A DNA stretch of 64,000 nucleotides. It comes from the human T2T-CHM13v2.0 reference genome, Homo sapiens. Numbering within the stretch: the first letter of the stretch is position 1; every line of letters begins with the position of its first letter. Under the pieces are notes generated by a model that searched no databases, was not told the origin of the DNA, and saw nothing but the letters and a program-made list of their open reading frames with translations. Shown in pieces: positions 16,405 to 30,739 of the stretch. Position numbers and translations under genes: made by a program. The stretch lies in assembly GCF_009914755.1 (NCBI RefSeq), contig NC_060929.1, one strand, 5' to 3'.

Positions 16405-16640
16405 TTCTAAATGAAATCAACAGACATTTACTGAGCTCCCACTATGCGCCAAATACAGAGGTTTGTAGAGGACATGGTAAGGAGGAAGACAGGCCTCTGC
16501 CCTCCAGAAGCTTGGCTGCAGTTCTGGCAGGGAGAAGAGCCCCTCATAACCAACATACACACAGTGCAGACACGGATGAGGGCCATCACTGGCCCCAGTG
16601 GACCTCGGAACACACAAAGGGGTGAGGAAGAGAGAAAATC
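16405..16640 (-). mobile_element. L2 3' relic
   Basis: tcaacagacatttactgagctcccactatgcgcca...cctccagaagctt. Confidence 0.6.
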
Positions 16641-17559
16641 AGTGAAATTAGATGGGTAGTTCATCTTCCTAGGTCAAGTTTGGGTAGTAGAAAACCCAGA
16701 GCAGCTAAGGTATGAAATACTAAGACCATGGACTAAGCTAGAGGGCCCTTAATGTGTAAAATTTGCATGTTTGGGTAGCACAGATTGATGTAACTAAATC
16801 AAAGCCATCAAATACAGCTAGATTCTGCCACTCCATACGATGACTTCTATATAGGGCAGGAATGGGATTGTTACAGAACTTGAATTTCTGCTCTACTTTA
16901 CCCAGTCCTAAACATTTATATGTAGATTATTTCATTGGATTTTCATAACCAAACATGGTGCTTGGGATTTTTTCCTGCCAAGCCAAGTTGATACAGTTTA
17001 GCTAAATGTTGGCCTGTATTGTATGATTTGACAGGCTTTGAAGACAGCCTTCCAAAAGCTCTCCATCTCCCAGAAATGTCACTGTCACTAATATATTCCT
17101 TTGGGTTAACAACTGGCTCCAGGAACTTCACATGTTAAGCTGACTGTCATGTGTGAATTTTGTTGTGATCTAGTTAATTATCATCATAATAATTAGAGAA
17201 AGTACAGAAAAAGCAACTACTTAATGAGCACCTATTATATGCAGAAGCAAGGCTAATGGCTAGGGCACAACAATGAATAGGACAATCTCTGCCCTACAGT
17301 GGTTCCCAGCTTAATGCCTGAAAGTAGGAAACTGTTGAAACCCACATCACTGCTGGAGGGAGGCAGGTTTGCTAAGGCCCTGTGGTAGGGCCCTGGGTGA
17401 TCCAAGGTAGCATGAGGGCCCCAGCACTTAGTGACCAAAAACATAAGAAAATGCTTAATTGAATTTTAGCTATTTTACAATCTGATCTGGAGTAGCCTTG
17501 TTTCCTAGACTTCTCAAGGCCTGTCTCACCTTGTTCTCCTAAAACATCAGCATTATACT

Positions 17560-17900
17560 ATCCCAATCTGGAGTGTTCATTTAGACGTCCTGTTGACTTC
17601 GCCTCCTGAGTATCTTAACATCATCCACTCCTCTCAGGCCTACCACTCCAATGTTGGGCCCCCATTTCCCTGCCTCCAGCCTCATGGCTACCCACCACTC
17701 ACCCTATACTGCAGCCAGCGTGTCCTTCTGAAACACTAAATCTGATCTTTCTCACCTTCTCTAATTCTGATCACCTCACTCCCCAAGTAAAACCCTGCCA
17801 CACACCTGCATATTCTAGTTCCCCAGCACATACAGAGTTCTCACTCTGTATACCTTTCCCAATAAACTCACACACACACCTTTGAGTTCCAGCCAAAATG
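17560..17900 (+). mobile_element. L2 relic
   Basis: ctgcagccagcgtgtccttctgaaacactaaatctgatc motif. Confidence 0.55.
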
Positions 17901-19859
17901 AACCACAAGCCCAAAGAGGATATGTGTACTTTTATTTTTGATAATTACCACCAGATTTCTTTTCCCAAAGCTGTGGCAACTATTTCTCCCCTTCCTCACT
18001 GACGCTTTTAATTATGCTAACCTGATGTGTGATCTTATTGCTTAAATAAGATCATTTTCCACCGACTTCTAGTGAAGCTGAGCATATTTTTACCTGTTGA
18101 TTGAAAATTAGGATTTCTCCTTTATAAATTGCCTGTTCATAATCCCTGCTTAATTTTCTACCAGAGCGTTTTCTCCTTTTTATTCATTTGTAGATGCTCT
18201 TTGTGATATTAACTTTTAAATTTTCTAGTAAACAATGGTTAACAAATATTGAGTGCTTTATGTGCCAGGCACTGCTTTCCCCAGTCAACTGTGGGTCTTT
18301 TGATTTCATTCATGTTACATTTCTCTAAATATAAATTAATAAACGCTTTATGAATAATGGATAAGTGAATGAGTTAATTGAATGAATGAAGTATGTAAGT
18401 TTTATCTCCTTTGAAAGACTGACTTTTTGATCAAGGGCTACGTCGTTACATGATTTTTCTGTATTCTTTTGTAGCTCTCCATCTCTTCTTCCTGATCCTT
18501 CCAACTGTCATTCTATGCCTCTTGTTTGACCAGGAGGAGGTACACCAGACACACTTAATAAATGATTACAGAATGGGAAGAATGCCTGTCTCTCCTGTAA
18601 GTGTTGAGCTTTGGAAAGGGGCTTAGAAAACACACACCTGTAGTAACAGCAGGAAATGCTTCTTGTTTTATGAATTGTATTGGGGGAGCAGTTATTAGTT
18701 ACCTTAAAATGGCATGTACAGCACTTAGGGTCATAAAGGATCTTGGCAATGAGGCAACTAAAATTTTAGTATTATTTCTTTAATGTACTGTATCCTGCTG
18801 GGAGTACTTTAAAATTCTTTCAGGCTTATTTATGAAGCACCAACCAGTCTGCAGAAATCTAGGGAGATTCGCTGTCTGTTCCAACTCCCACAAAAAAAGG
18901 AGTGGAATATACAATTGAACAAAGCAGAATGGCAGAAAAATATTAAACCAGAATCAGAGAGACTTCTCTGCAAAAGCATGGATTGGATGACTTTCTTTTA
19001 ATTTTAGAAGAGTCTTACATTTGAATTTATACTACTACATGACTGTGTGATTTAAGGGTAAGTTATCTGTCAGTATTCCCACCCCATCGTTCTACTGAGG
19101 CTACAAAACAACCTCAACTGCTCTTTTCTTACTTGCTTTTTCCCCCTAGTTTACTTTTAATAGTCCCTTCTCTTATATGACTCTTAAATAAAGTAAGTGC
19201 ATTTGGGATACTTTGTGTGTTACTTGCAGATAAAACACTTAAGTGTTTCTTTTGGAATCAAATACAGCTTCCTGAGGAAATAACTGAAATCATGCAGTTG
19301 TTGAAAAAGCCGATAAGCAAAATCGAGTCGCCAGAAAAAAAGTCATCTTTTTTTGAACAAAGCATCTAAAGCAGCTTTACAAAGAAACACATGCAGAAGA
19401 CCTAGGCCCGGAGATGGCTTTAGTTGCGCCCTAAATACCAGGCTATAGGCAATGAGAAAATCAAGATTTTAATAAGAATGAAGAGCATGACCAGGTTCAG
19501 CAAACTCATCAGGAATGACTACAAAGCCATTTCCCTGAAGACGGATTCATGACATCTGGCTTAGACGACTGGCCTGTCCTCTGGCTGGAAGCAGAGGTCC
19601 AGGAAAGATGATCAAAACACTGGTCCATAACTTATTCTAGCCTGAGGATAATCATTGACATCAGACTTTAGTGAGTCTTAGGCAGGATCAATTCATTCAT
19701 TCATTCATTCGTTCATTAGTCAATGAATATTATAGAGTGCATACATTTCTAGTAATATGCTATGTCCTTGTGCAGGGCACAAGTCTCTATTCCAAATCTA
19801 GCAGGGGCAGCTAAGTCAAGTGTCTAAGGAAGACAGGCAGGTAACATAAACGGGGCAGG

Positions 19860-20132
19860 CAAGGTGGAAATTGGGAATGTGGTAGATGGAAGACTAGAGA
19901 CTCCATCTACAAGAGGTTGCTCTTATTCAGATCCACTGATTATTTCCATAAGGGAACGCAAGTTCGGTATCGCCTCATTTTCAAAACCGAAGCCTCAAAT
20001 CCAAATTTTATTATGAAATTTCTTCTTTTGAAACATTAGTAACTAATTATGATTTTTTTAAAATACTAGGTCAGCAAAGCAAAACATGACTGCAAAGCCA
20101 AATTTGACTGGAGCAGCCTGTTTACAACTTCC
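19860..20132 (-). mobile_element. MER102-like hAT fossil
   Basis: caaatccaaattttattatgaaattt...aaacattagtaactaatt...caaaacatgactgcaaagccaaatttgactggagcagcctgtttacaacttc. Confidence 0.6.
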
Positions 20133-20420
20133 AGCACAGAACATTACATAGTGTTTACAAACATAGGCAGTGAATTTCACAAAGTGGTGCCATTTCTCCC
20201 CCCTCCTCCCGTCAAGTTTTGAAGATATTTGAAGTATAGAACAGCTACTCATAAAATATGTTTGACCCACACAAAAAAACCTTTTTTTAACGGTTGAGAT
20301 AAGGTCCTGGAAAACTCTCCATTTTGAGTGTCTGGGATTTCCTACGCAATGACTAAAACATATTAATAGGAAACTTTCTAATCAAATGTCTTACTACCTA
20401 CATGTCATGGATTCTCTTGC

Positions 20421-20421
<1 letters not shown>

Positions 20422-20455
<34 letters not shown>
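20422..20455. repeat. (GT)17 microsatellite
   Basis: Perfect dinucleotide run. Confidence 0.97.
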
Positions 20456-20458
<3 letters not shown>

Positions 20459-21118
20459 ACAAGACTGTCTCAAGATCTAGATGCTAACCCTTTGCTTATT
20501 CTGAAATCCAGGCACTCTTGGCACTGTAAATCCGCAGTAATTTTTATCAAGGGGACAGTAAGCTTTTCCTTTTTCTGGAGATTGCCACATTCTCTCTCTC
20601 TACCCGCGGGAAGCTTGTCACTCTTGATCCTCAGCCCCAGCCAGAGTGTTGCATCCACCTACCACTAGCCTAGACTGCAACTGTGTGCAAATTCGGAAGG
20701 GACCCTTAAGGCTTTACTAATACTTGCCAGAAAGATGTCAGAATACACAAATCTCCCACTTCGTCAAGAATGGGTCCTGTGCCCATCTCCTCCAGGGGCA
20801 CTTTCTCTCCAATTCATCCTCAAATCCCCCCGCCGCCCACTTTTTTTTTTTTTTTTTGGCACCTCATAAATCTTGGACCTGAGTTTCCAACTCACCGTTT
20901 TCACAATTAATTAACTAGTCATAAAGAAGAACCTGAACTATGTGCTCCCATCCCCAACCCCAGGTCTAGATCTTGTAAAAGACTGACCGGCAAGGTCACC
21001 TTTACTGAGCTGTGTGACACAGATGCTTCGAACAAACTGAAACAGAGAGGACTGCGTATGTGGTATGTGGCAGCTTTCCAGTGACTCTTGAGTGCAAGCT
21101 TTAGAAAAGAGGCTGAAA

Positions 21119-21566
<448 letters not shown>

Positions 21567-21619
21567 TTAGGACTTTAACCACTCATCTCAGTTGTCATTA
21601 TACACAATTAATTAATTAA

Positions 21620-22040
21620 GAAGTAGATTCTGCTATTAAGACCAAGACCCAAAGTACCTGTGACTTCAATAAAACAAGAGTTTGTTTTTCTGTTATGTGA
21701 CTGCCCAAGCATAAGCATTACAGAACTGGAATAATGGGTCTGTGGTGTGAGGGACTCAGGACCCTTCTATATTGTTACTCACCTATCTCTAAGGCATTGT
21801 GCTCATTGGAGTGGTTGAGGGTCACTCATTACCACTTACCACCAGGTATAGATTGCAGCTGCTAAGTAATAGGGAAGGGGAAGTGGGGTGGGGTGGTGGT
21901 GGTGGTGGGGTATGTCCATTCCTCATCATGGTACATTCCAGAAGTTACACACATCATTTCTGCAAATATCTCATGGGCCAGAACTGTGCTTCGCCCGGTT
22001 GCAGGAAAGCCTGAGAAGCATGGTGTGTATTCTGAGCAGG
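21620..22040. mobile_element. Old MLT1 (MLT1I/J/K-like) MaLR LTR
   Basis: gggactcaggacccttctatattgttactc; ccagaagttacacacatcatttctgcaaatatctcatgggccagaact. Confidence 0.6.
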
Positions 22041-23351
22041 ACTCCATCACTAATATTGGAAGTGCACCGGTAGCCTCTGCCAACCTTTTACCTGCTCAGA
22101 GTTTCCTGAGAGAACAACATAAGTGACTTTTCTTATTGCCCATCACAGGCCTACCCAGTACAGGTATCCCCAGGTGAATGTTGATTTAGTTTCTCGGGAA
22201 CAAAAGTGGCTAGTTAACTAATGCTAATCATATACAGCAGTTTTAATGTACTAAAACTATAAAAAAAAAACAAAGGAAAGCAGTGCCACCTTTTGTTTGT
22301 CTGCTAGTGGCTGGCTCAAATTTGGCTTCATAGCCTTGTAACTGAACAGAGCAGAGGCAGTGCTCACACTCCTTGCTCGACTCAGAAGCCAACTACAGTC
22401 TGCAAAATCTGGTTTTCAAAATATGCAAATTAAGGTCAAACAACCCTACATCTGAGATTTAATGGCTAATCTGTTCAGACAGCTGCTTCTTAGCCATTAA
22501 ATTACAAGGTGACTGAGTTCATTAAGATTTTCACACACAACTAACTCCTCAAATTGTATCTCATACTTTTCTAAGACTTTCATGGGCAAAGCTAGTCAGA
22601 TGAGCTATGGTTATAGCAGAAAGAGGCAATCTGTCGCCATTTGTTTTCCAATAGACAAAGAGGCATTATTTTCAGGTTGATTAAAACTGGTCACTCAAGC
22701 CAAATTCCAGGATGAGGTCATGAAGATCAGTCACTGTGAGGTTTATTGCCAAAGGCAACTGGGGGAAAAAGAGTCCAGTTTTCTTTGCTGAAAGACATAT
22801 TGCCAAAATTCAAATTAAACTTTAAAATTATACTACCTTTCTCCATGTTATCCCATATATATTAAAAATAACAAAGCCAAGCACAGGTCCTTAAACGTTA
22901 GCCTTATGCGTGGACATTGTTTAGTATTTACATTGGGTTAAATACTAAACGTTGGGTTAGTACCATTGGGTTAAACCAGTCATTTTTTATTATTTCTGCT
23001 GTTCTCTTTCTCTTCTCTGAAAATGGAAACCTATTTATTTTATAAAACTACACTTACAAGCAAAATATTTTGGAACATGTTTCATTCTGCTCATATAATG
23101 TACTTAACATTATTATTAAATATTAGAGAATTTTAATAAATGATAACTTCACCACTCATACTTTCTGATATTTAGTATAAACTACTTTATTTCCACCAAA
23201 ATGTCTTACCAATGAATTAAAATTACTGTGAATTCTTAAAACACCTCTGACTCTGGTAATATAAGCATGTTATAAGAAAATTTCACAAGCTAAAAACAAT
23301 AACAAAATAGCTCTTCTACCAAGCAAGAATTTGGAATCGACAAAGAGTTTT

Positions 23352-23611
<260 letters not shown>

Positions 23612-23619
23612 TTAACACT

Positions 23620-23935
23620 TTTTGTTAAGAGACAAGGTCTTGCTCTGTTGTCCAGGCTGCTGTGCAGTGCAGTGGTACCATCAGAGCTCATAGCTCAGTG
23701 CAGTCTTGAACTCCTGGACTCAAGAGATCCTCCTGCCTCAACCTCCCAACTAGCTGGGACTACAGGTGCTTGCCACCACACCCAGCTAATTTTTCAAAAT
23801 TTATTTTAAGTTTTTTTAGAGATAGGGATCACACTATGTTGCCCAGGCTGGTCTCAAACTTCTGGCCTCAAGAAATCATTGTGCCTCAACCCCCTAAGTA
23901 GCTGAAATTACAGGTGCAAGTCACAGCACCTGGTT
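23620..23935 (-). mobile_element. AluJ
   Basis: gagacaaggtcttgctctgttgtccagg...gagatcctcctgcctc...gcacctggtt. Confidence 0.9.
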
Positions 23936-26519
23936 CAATTTACTCCTAATGTAGCATATATAGTACAAATTTAAGGAGCAAAATGAACTAGCATTGTTTG
24001 AACATAAACACGAGTCATTCAAGGTGAAATAATTTATTGCTAAAACCATGAATTGTTAATTTATGAGCTCATGATTTTTTTAAAAAGTGATCAGCGTTGG
24101 ACTAAAACTGTCTTTTCTAACCAGTATGACCTTGAAATTCACAGGGCAAAAAAATGACTTTAAGTTGTAATTAATAAAAACCAATTATACAATGAATTAT
24201 CGTGAATTCAAAAGGAAATAATTATGAGGCTTTAAGAAGTTCAATTGGTTCTTAGAATATAACAAAAAAAGCTTGAAAACATTTGAAAAAGTTCTATCTA
24301 CTTGCTTCATTATTTATAAGTGAGAAAAACTGTCAGTAACCTAAATATCTTTTTATATGGTATGCTTAAAATGTCATTAAATGCTGCACTCAAAAGAATA
24401 TGAAATATTAATAACATGGAAAATTATTACAATAGAATTCTAACTATAAAAAATAAGTAATCAGGTGTTTTTCCCTCAAAGGAATAAATCACTGATCTGG
24501 GAAAATAATTTTGATTGTCATCGATAGAAACTGCGAAACACCCACATTTGATGCCCGTGGCCCCGTGCTGTAATTTTAATAGTGAAATGTAGCAATGTAA
24601 ACCTCGATTGAAATTTTCTCGGGTGGCATTTACTTGAAATCCATGCACGTTAACAACTTCTCCTCCCAGTGGGTCCCCAGGATCCTAGATATGACAGGTT
24701 TGGTAATGAGCTGGACTCTGTGGGATGCAGACGAGAAGCACCTTCATTTTTCTTCACTTTGATCATTAGGTATCTTCTGTCAGATCTCACTGCTCTGCCT
24801 CTGGCTGACAGCTTAGGCATCTCTCCTAGATTTCCAGTCCCTTTCAGATGTTAAAAGGTTTTCTTTTCAGGCAAAGTATTAAGAAGTCCAGTGTGATAAC
24901 AATGAAAACTTTGATCTCTCTGGAGTCTCTCCCCCGCCCTCCACAGACCAGGAGTGGGGAAGGGGGTGGTCTCCTCCGTATCTTCACAACGCCTCCATGT
25001 GGCTCCTCCACTTTTCTTCTCTCACTCACTGTGCACCCTTTTGGCTCCTCCAGGGTTAGAGGAGGTTGGCAGGGAGAGGACAGGTAAGGGGGTAAATAGG
25101 TTTGACTCAATGGGTGCTGTTGTAACCTGGTGTTACTGACCCCTGCATGGCAGATGTGCCAAAGCTGGCTTTCTCTTTTGGGGGTTCTTTGAGGACTCTG
25201 CCCTCAGACACGTGCATCACTCTATGTGCTTGATATGCTCCCCCAGTAGCTGCTTACTCCCACTGCCCCAGTCATGTTTCTGGTGGGATATTCCACAGGC
25301 TCTTTGAGCAAAGGTGGCCACGCTGGCCTCACCTCGAGGGAGGTACAGCCACCATCACCTCCACTGCAATCCCTCACTTCGCTCTGCTTCAGGAGCAAGT
25401 CCAGAGGACCTCACACCTTAGAAGTTTCTAGGCAGAAGTCAGGCCCCAGATCCTCCAAACTCTGGAAGTCATGTGTCAAACTCTTCTGTGAACTCTCTCA
25501 AGAGACTCCACTCCCGTGCCAATGCCTCCTAAGGGTTTATGGACCCCCCTCACTCAGGTTGAGGTGGGAGAGGGCAGCATTCTTCTCTCTCCCACTGGAA
25601 GGATAGGGGCCACACCACAGAGCTCAGCATCTACCAGACTTTTAAGAAATCCTCATTCTCAATTCTTCGCTAAGCATAGAAGAAGTAACAGAGGCAGTGT
25701 GGAGTCACCTCTTAGCAAGTACTATAGAGATGATCTATCACCTCTTTTCAGAATATGGGGGTACATGCCATCTACTGCTCTCAACTTTGCAGCCTCAATT
25801 GAAATAAAGAAAAATCATGTTTTCCTTTTATGGATGATACCTCTTACTCATTAATAAATAAATTTTCTCTACCACCTCTGCTCAAAGCCAACGGATTATT
25901 CTAAAAATTAAATGGTAAGTCAGTTTCAAGTACTTTGGCTTTTCTGCTCAATCACTCCAAGACCCTTGAGGCTTTCTTAAATAGAATATAGGAATGCTTA
26001 CATCAGTTTATTTTCTGCAATGACTCATAACTGGGCTTCAGACAGGACCAGGCTTGTCTGCTGAACTGGTAAGGCAGGCCTGCCAGGAGGGTTTGCTTTG
26101 TTTTGCTGACTGAAAAAGAAGAGAGGCAGGGTGCCCAAGATGCAGAGGCCAGGAGAAGCTGTGAGGGAACATGGCAGAGTCTCAGTGATGTTCCCCTTGG
26201 CCAGCCCCATAAATTTGGGTTTGAGTCCTATGGAGAAAGTGGCTACTGGCACACATGAAAGGAACTGTTTTCATAAGGGATTCTGAGACACTGTGAGACA
26301 TGAGGATGCAGGCAGGGTGAGGAGGAGGGGTCTTCTGTCCAGTTAGGCATAGGGCACAGCATAGCTTCAGAACACTAAGAACTCAGAAGAGGGCAGCACG
26401 CTAGTGTGTGCAGCTTTGGGGTGGTGTCAAGAGTCAGCATCTGTGGCCAGAACATCAGTCAAATCTCAGTGGTCTCCCATGACAGTGGCAGTGGATATTA
26501 ATTAGCTAGATCCTAGAAA

Positions 26520-27160
26520 ACTCCTCAAAGAGAGTTAATCTAAGTATCTTCTATGTATTCAACCAGCTCCAAGTGTAGGTTGTCTGGGTAATATTCAGTC
26601 CCCCTCCAAATGTTGCTCTTCCCATTTAACCAAGTCATACAACTTCATATAAAATACTGGCAAGAGAACAGGATAGCTTCAGTATCAACTCCCATTTGAG
26701 AAAAGAGAGAACACAATAGTTCCTGGACTGTGACATATGTTTTTTCCTCCTGGACAGGAACAGCAGGGACTCCATGCCTTGGCAGTCCTTGGTCTACCTG
26801 TCAGCTGCACCAGCTTCTGCTCTTAGGGGAAAAATCTCCTTTGCTCATGGATTTCCTTCATCACTGATTCTGCTTTCTGAAGCTCTCCCTCAAGACCTCC
26901 CAGAATCACAGTGGAGATTGGGACTGGTCTTCCAGTGGCTGTATCTCTTTTGAGACTATTTTCAATTGGTATGAATTCTGGGGGCTAAAGGAGGTTGAGC
27001 AATTGAAACTGTTGGGACATATGCTTAAAAGCTCTGTGACCATATAACTCCTTAACAAACTTGGTAGGCTTCAATTCCATAGGCTATTAACTCATGCTTT
27101 AGAACCATTTGAGTCATCAACCTTGAGCATGGAATCTGGCCTTCAAAATTCTTTATTCTC
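26520..27160. mobile_element. Probable MaLR (MLT1) internal sequence
   Basis: gagaacaggatagcttcagtatcaactcccatttgagaaa, similar to 30296-30335. Confidence 0.4.
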
Positions 27161-27239
27161 TCAACAGGCCTGGGTGCCTGTGCTGGTTTTTGGACACTCC
27201 CTTGGTCTCTGCCTCAGGACAATTTGAAACAATAGACTT

Positions 27240-27536
27240 AGCTGGGCACAATGGCTCACACCTGTGCTTTGGGAGGCTGAGGTGGGAGGATTGCTTGAAG
27301 TCAGGAATTCAAGACCAGCCTGGCCAACATGGTGAAACCCTGTCTCTACAAAAAATACAAAAATTAGCTGGGCGTAGTGGCACACACCTGTAATCGCAGC
27401 TACTCGGGAGGCTGAGGTACAAGAATGAGAATCGCTTGAGCCTGGTGGCTGAGGTTGCAGGTGAGCTGAGATTGTGCCACTGCACTCCAGCCTGGGCGGC
27501 AGTGCAAGACTCTCTGTCTCAGAAAAAATAAAATAA
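27240..27536 (+). mobile_element. AluS
   Basis: Dimer with a small 5' deletion; aatagact TSD core. Confidence 0.93.
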
Positions 27537-28528
27537 AATAGACTGAGGTAGGGCAGCAACCATTAATCTGCTCCTTCCCTGCAGCCACATCCAAACTGGC
27601 ATTCACAATGAGACTCATTGTCCCTGTTGCACAGGACGAGAGGTACTTGGGGAGGGCTCAAGGGGTCATGTGTCTCCTGGATGCCATAGTGTCTCCAACT
27701 ATGGCTCTTGCTTGCATCAACATTAGGTTAGGGAGATAATTTGTTTTGTTTTCTTTTTTCCAGATATTACAAAATGTGGATCTTCAGCTAAGTTTACACT
27801 ATAGCTAGAAGAGGCTCTTTTAGCAAAGTGGTGTTTTCTTCTCTCTCTATCAAAGAGCCATTTATTGGGATATTATTATTAATTGAATGTCTAATTAGTA
27901 CTTATTATAGCTCTTTGATAGTTACTGCTTATATGCTATGTGTAAATGCACATTATGTTCAGGGCCCCTAAATAATTTGCAGAGTTTAGTACAAAATAAT
28001 AATGCAAGATTCCTTGTTCAGAAAAAAAATGCTGTTAGTTATATTTACTAAAATATAAAACTCCTTTCTTTCCCAGTCTCTCTCTCAACTTGTCCTGTGT
28101 TTATAATTTTCTAATTAATGTCATTCTAAGTAAAAAGAAGTAAAATTTTAAATTAATACTATGAATTTTAGCATTTGCTTTTATATTGTACAATGCCAGT
28201 TTTAAATGTAAATAAATAAGCATTTAACTTCTATGTGGACTCACTGAAATTACACAATTTGCCTTTTGTAGCTTATACATTAATATGTATTTTGCTCTTA
28301 CCAAACAGTGGAAATCTTGTGCAAAATTAATTCAACTGTTTTTATCTTGCTTCTTGATACATGGGTATTCTACCAACACTCTCTACCTGTGCTTTATGGC
28401 TGAGGGAAGAATGACTGAAAGAAAAATGAACTATAGGTTGCCATATCTTTGCCTTTCCTTCTATGTTATAATTTTCAACATAAATGGTTGGCTAATATAG
28501 GAAAATAACATGAATTTTTAAAGATGTG

Positions 28529-28850
<322 letters not shown>

Positions 28851-28856
28851 TTAATA

Positions 28857-28933
28857 TTTCTCAGAATGTCATTGCCTTCTTTCTGCATTGCAAGTTTCTT
28901 TCTCAGAATGTCATTGCCTTCTTTCTGCATTGC
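28857..28933. repeat. 35-bp direct duplication (42-bp period)
   Basis: tttctcagaatgtcattgccttctttctgcattgc at 28857-28891 and 28899-28933. Confidence 0.95.
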
Positions 28934-29699
28934 TTCTGCAAAGCAAGTTTTGGTTCAAATAGAAAGCATGGCCTCCAGGGGAGGTCAATACCGTCATATT
29001 GCAGTGTAGACATAACATATTTGTAGTTGTAGACATAAAATATTTGCTTTGTTCTTACTTTGTCTTTCTGAAATCCCATGTACAGTTAAGTCCACCAGAA
29101 TTCTGTGCTCATGCGCATCTCAGACAACACAGTATATGCAAAAAAGGCGGCAAGAAATAGAGGGCACACATATTGCATGTGTCTCCTCTGCTCGTGTGCA
29201 TGCTCTATTTTTCCATCAGAGTTTACATACACACATTTAAAGATAAAATTTTTAAGAAATCCAGATGGCAACAGCAGAGCATTAAACCAAGCATGGAACC
29301 CTCCTAAGCACTGGGCCCTCTGTGACTCCACGGGCTGCATACCCATGAAGCTGGACTTGCCTGTGTCATTATGCAGTAGGCACTATTCTAAATGCTTTAT
29401 ATTTTCATGAATTTAATCCTTTCAATACGGCGAACAATTCATATTTGGACTATATAATGTTCTCTGACTAACAGCGGTGTGGTCAGGATTTATCTGAGTG
29501 TGCCTTTGCCTGAAACTGTAATATCAAAATGTCACTTCTTACGGTATTTCTGCTTAGTATGTTTTGAGGTGAAAAAGTCATAAGGACAACAAAAGGAGAC
29601 ATTGCTGAAGAAATGGTATAACTTTTAAAGATTTGCTACAGCAGAGAGTTGTCAACCAAATGGTCATTATATGAGGTAAGTCTGTATTAATTATGATTA

Positions 29700-30730
29700 C
29701 ATGGCTGAAAAACATGCTAAGTAAGATTCTGGAAACCAGGTTTCATCTATTTTTGCTCTACTATCTTTAGTATACAGAATTCATCGCCATGATGACTGCT
29801 CAGAAGATGACTGCTCCAATGTAGGCACTGCATTTACAGTCTAAGGAGAAAGAAGGAAAGTAACCCATCCTTGAAGACTTCTTTCAACATTTCAGCATCC
29901 ACAACTGTGTTCTCTTTAGCTGCAAGGGAGTCTGGGGAGGTGTGTCTTTTAGCTTTTCAGTCTCTCTAGTAGAGAAAGGCAAGGGAAAGGGTTTGTGAGA
30001 GGCTCTTGGATAGGCTGTCTCCAGTGTCCACCTCAGTCTGCCCCTTTGCTCCACAACATTCATGCCTTTCCTTATTTCCATATATTCATTTCATATGGAA
30101 TATGTTTATCCCTTCCCCTAAGAAACACAACCCTCAACTCTCATTTAGTTACTACATCCAGATCCAAGTCCAGAATCTCTCTGTGGTATCCAGTTCTTTC
30201 CAACAGTTCTGATTATGGTTCCATGGGACCTTATAAACTTAGGCTTAAAACTAAAGATATCCAGTCTAAACACACCCAGTATACAATGGTTGGGGAAGAA
30301 ACAAGATAACTACAGTCAAAACTCCCATTTGGAAAGGTGTGGTTAGGAAACAAACATCCCTTATTACATCCTGCTGGACAGGAAGAATGAGGCTCTTGCC
30401 TAAGACCCTGGCTCTGCCCTCCAGAGAAATCTTCGTCATTTATTTTCCTTTGCCTCCTGGTTATCCATTTTGAAGGAGACATTCCCTGTGAACTGCCATA
30501 ACTACGTCTGAAATTAAAATTTGGAAGGATTTTCTTCCAGCATGCTTCTCAGCTTTTGCAGACATTTTTTCAGTCTTAGAAGTCAGTTAGTGACAAGGTG
30601 TCAAACAGTCTTGAGTTTGTTTTTGTTTCATCGTGTTTTTTTGTTGTTGTTGCTTTGTGGTTGTTTTGCAGTACAATCTCCCTATAAAATAACTAGGTTT
30701 CTCTATTGGTTTTCTTTCATTTGCCCCTTC
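29700..30730. mobile_element. Old MLT1 LTR plus internal sequence
   Basis: ctttagctgcaagggagtctggg LTR motif followed by MLT-int-like catccagatccaagtccagaatctct. Confidence 0.5.
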
Positions 30731-30739
30731 AGAACTACT

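Noticed and set aside
21871-21910. G-quadruplex-like G-rich tract
   Set aside because: Low-complexity expansion within an old MLT LTR; common, and no functional evidence
24427-24648. 73-aa minus-strand ORF
   Set aside because: No recognisable homology; a length expected by chance
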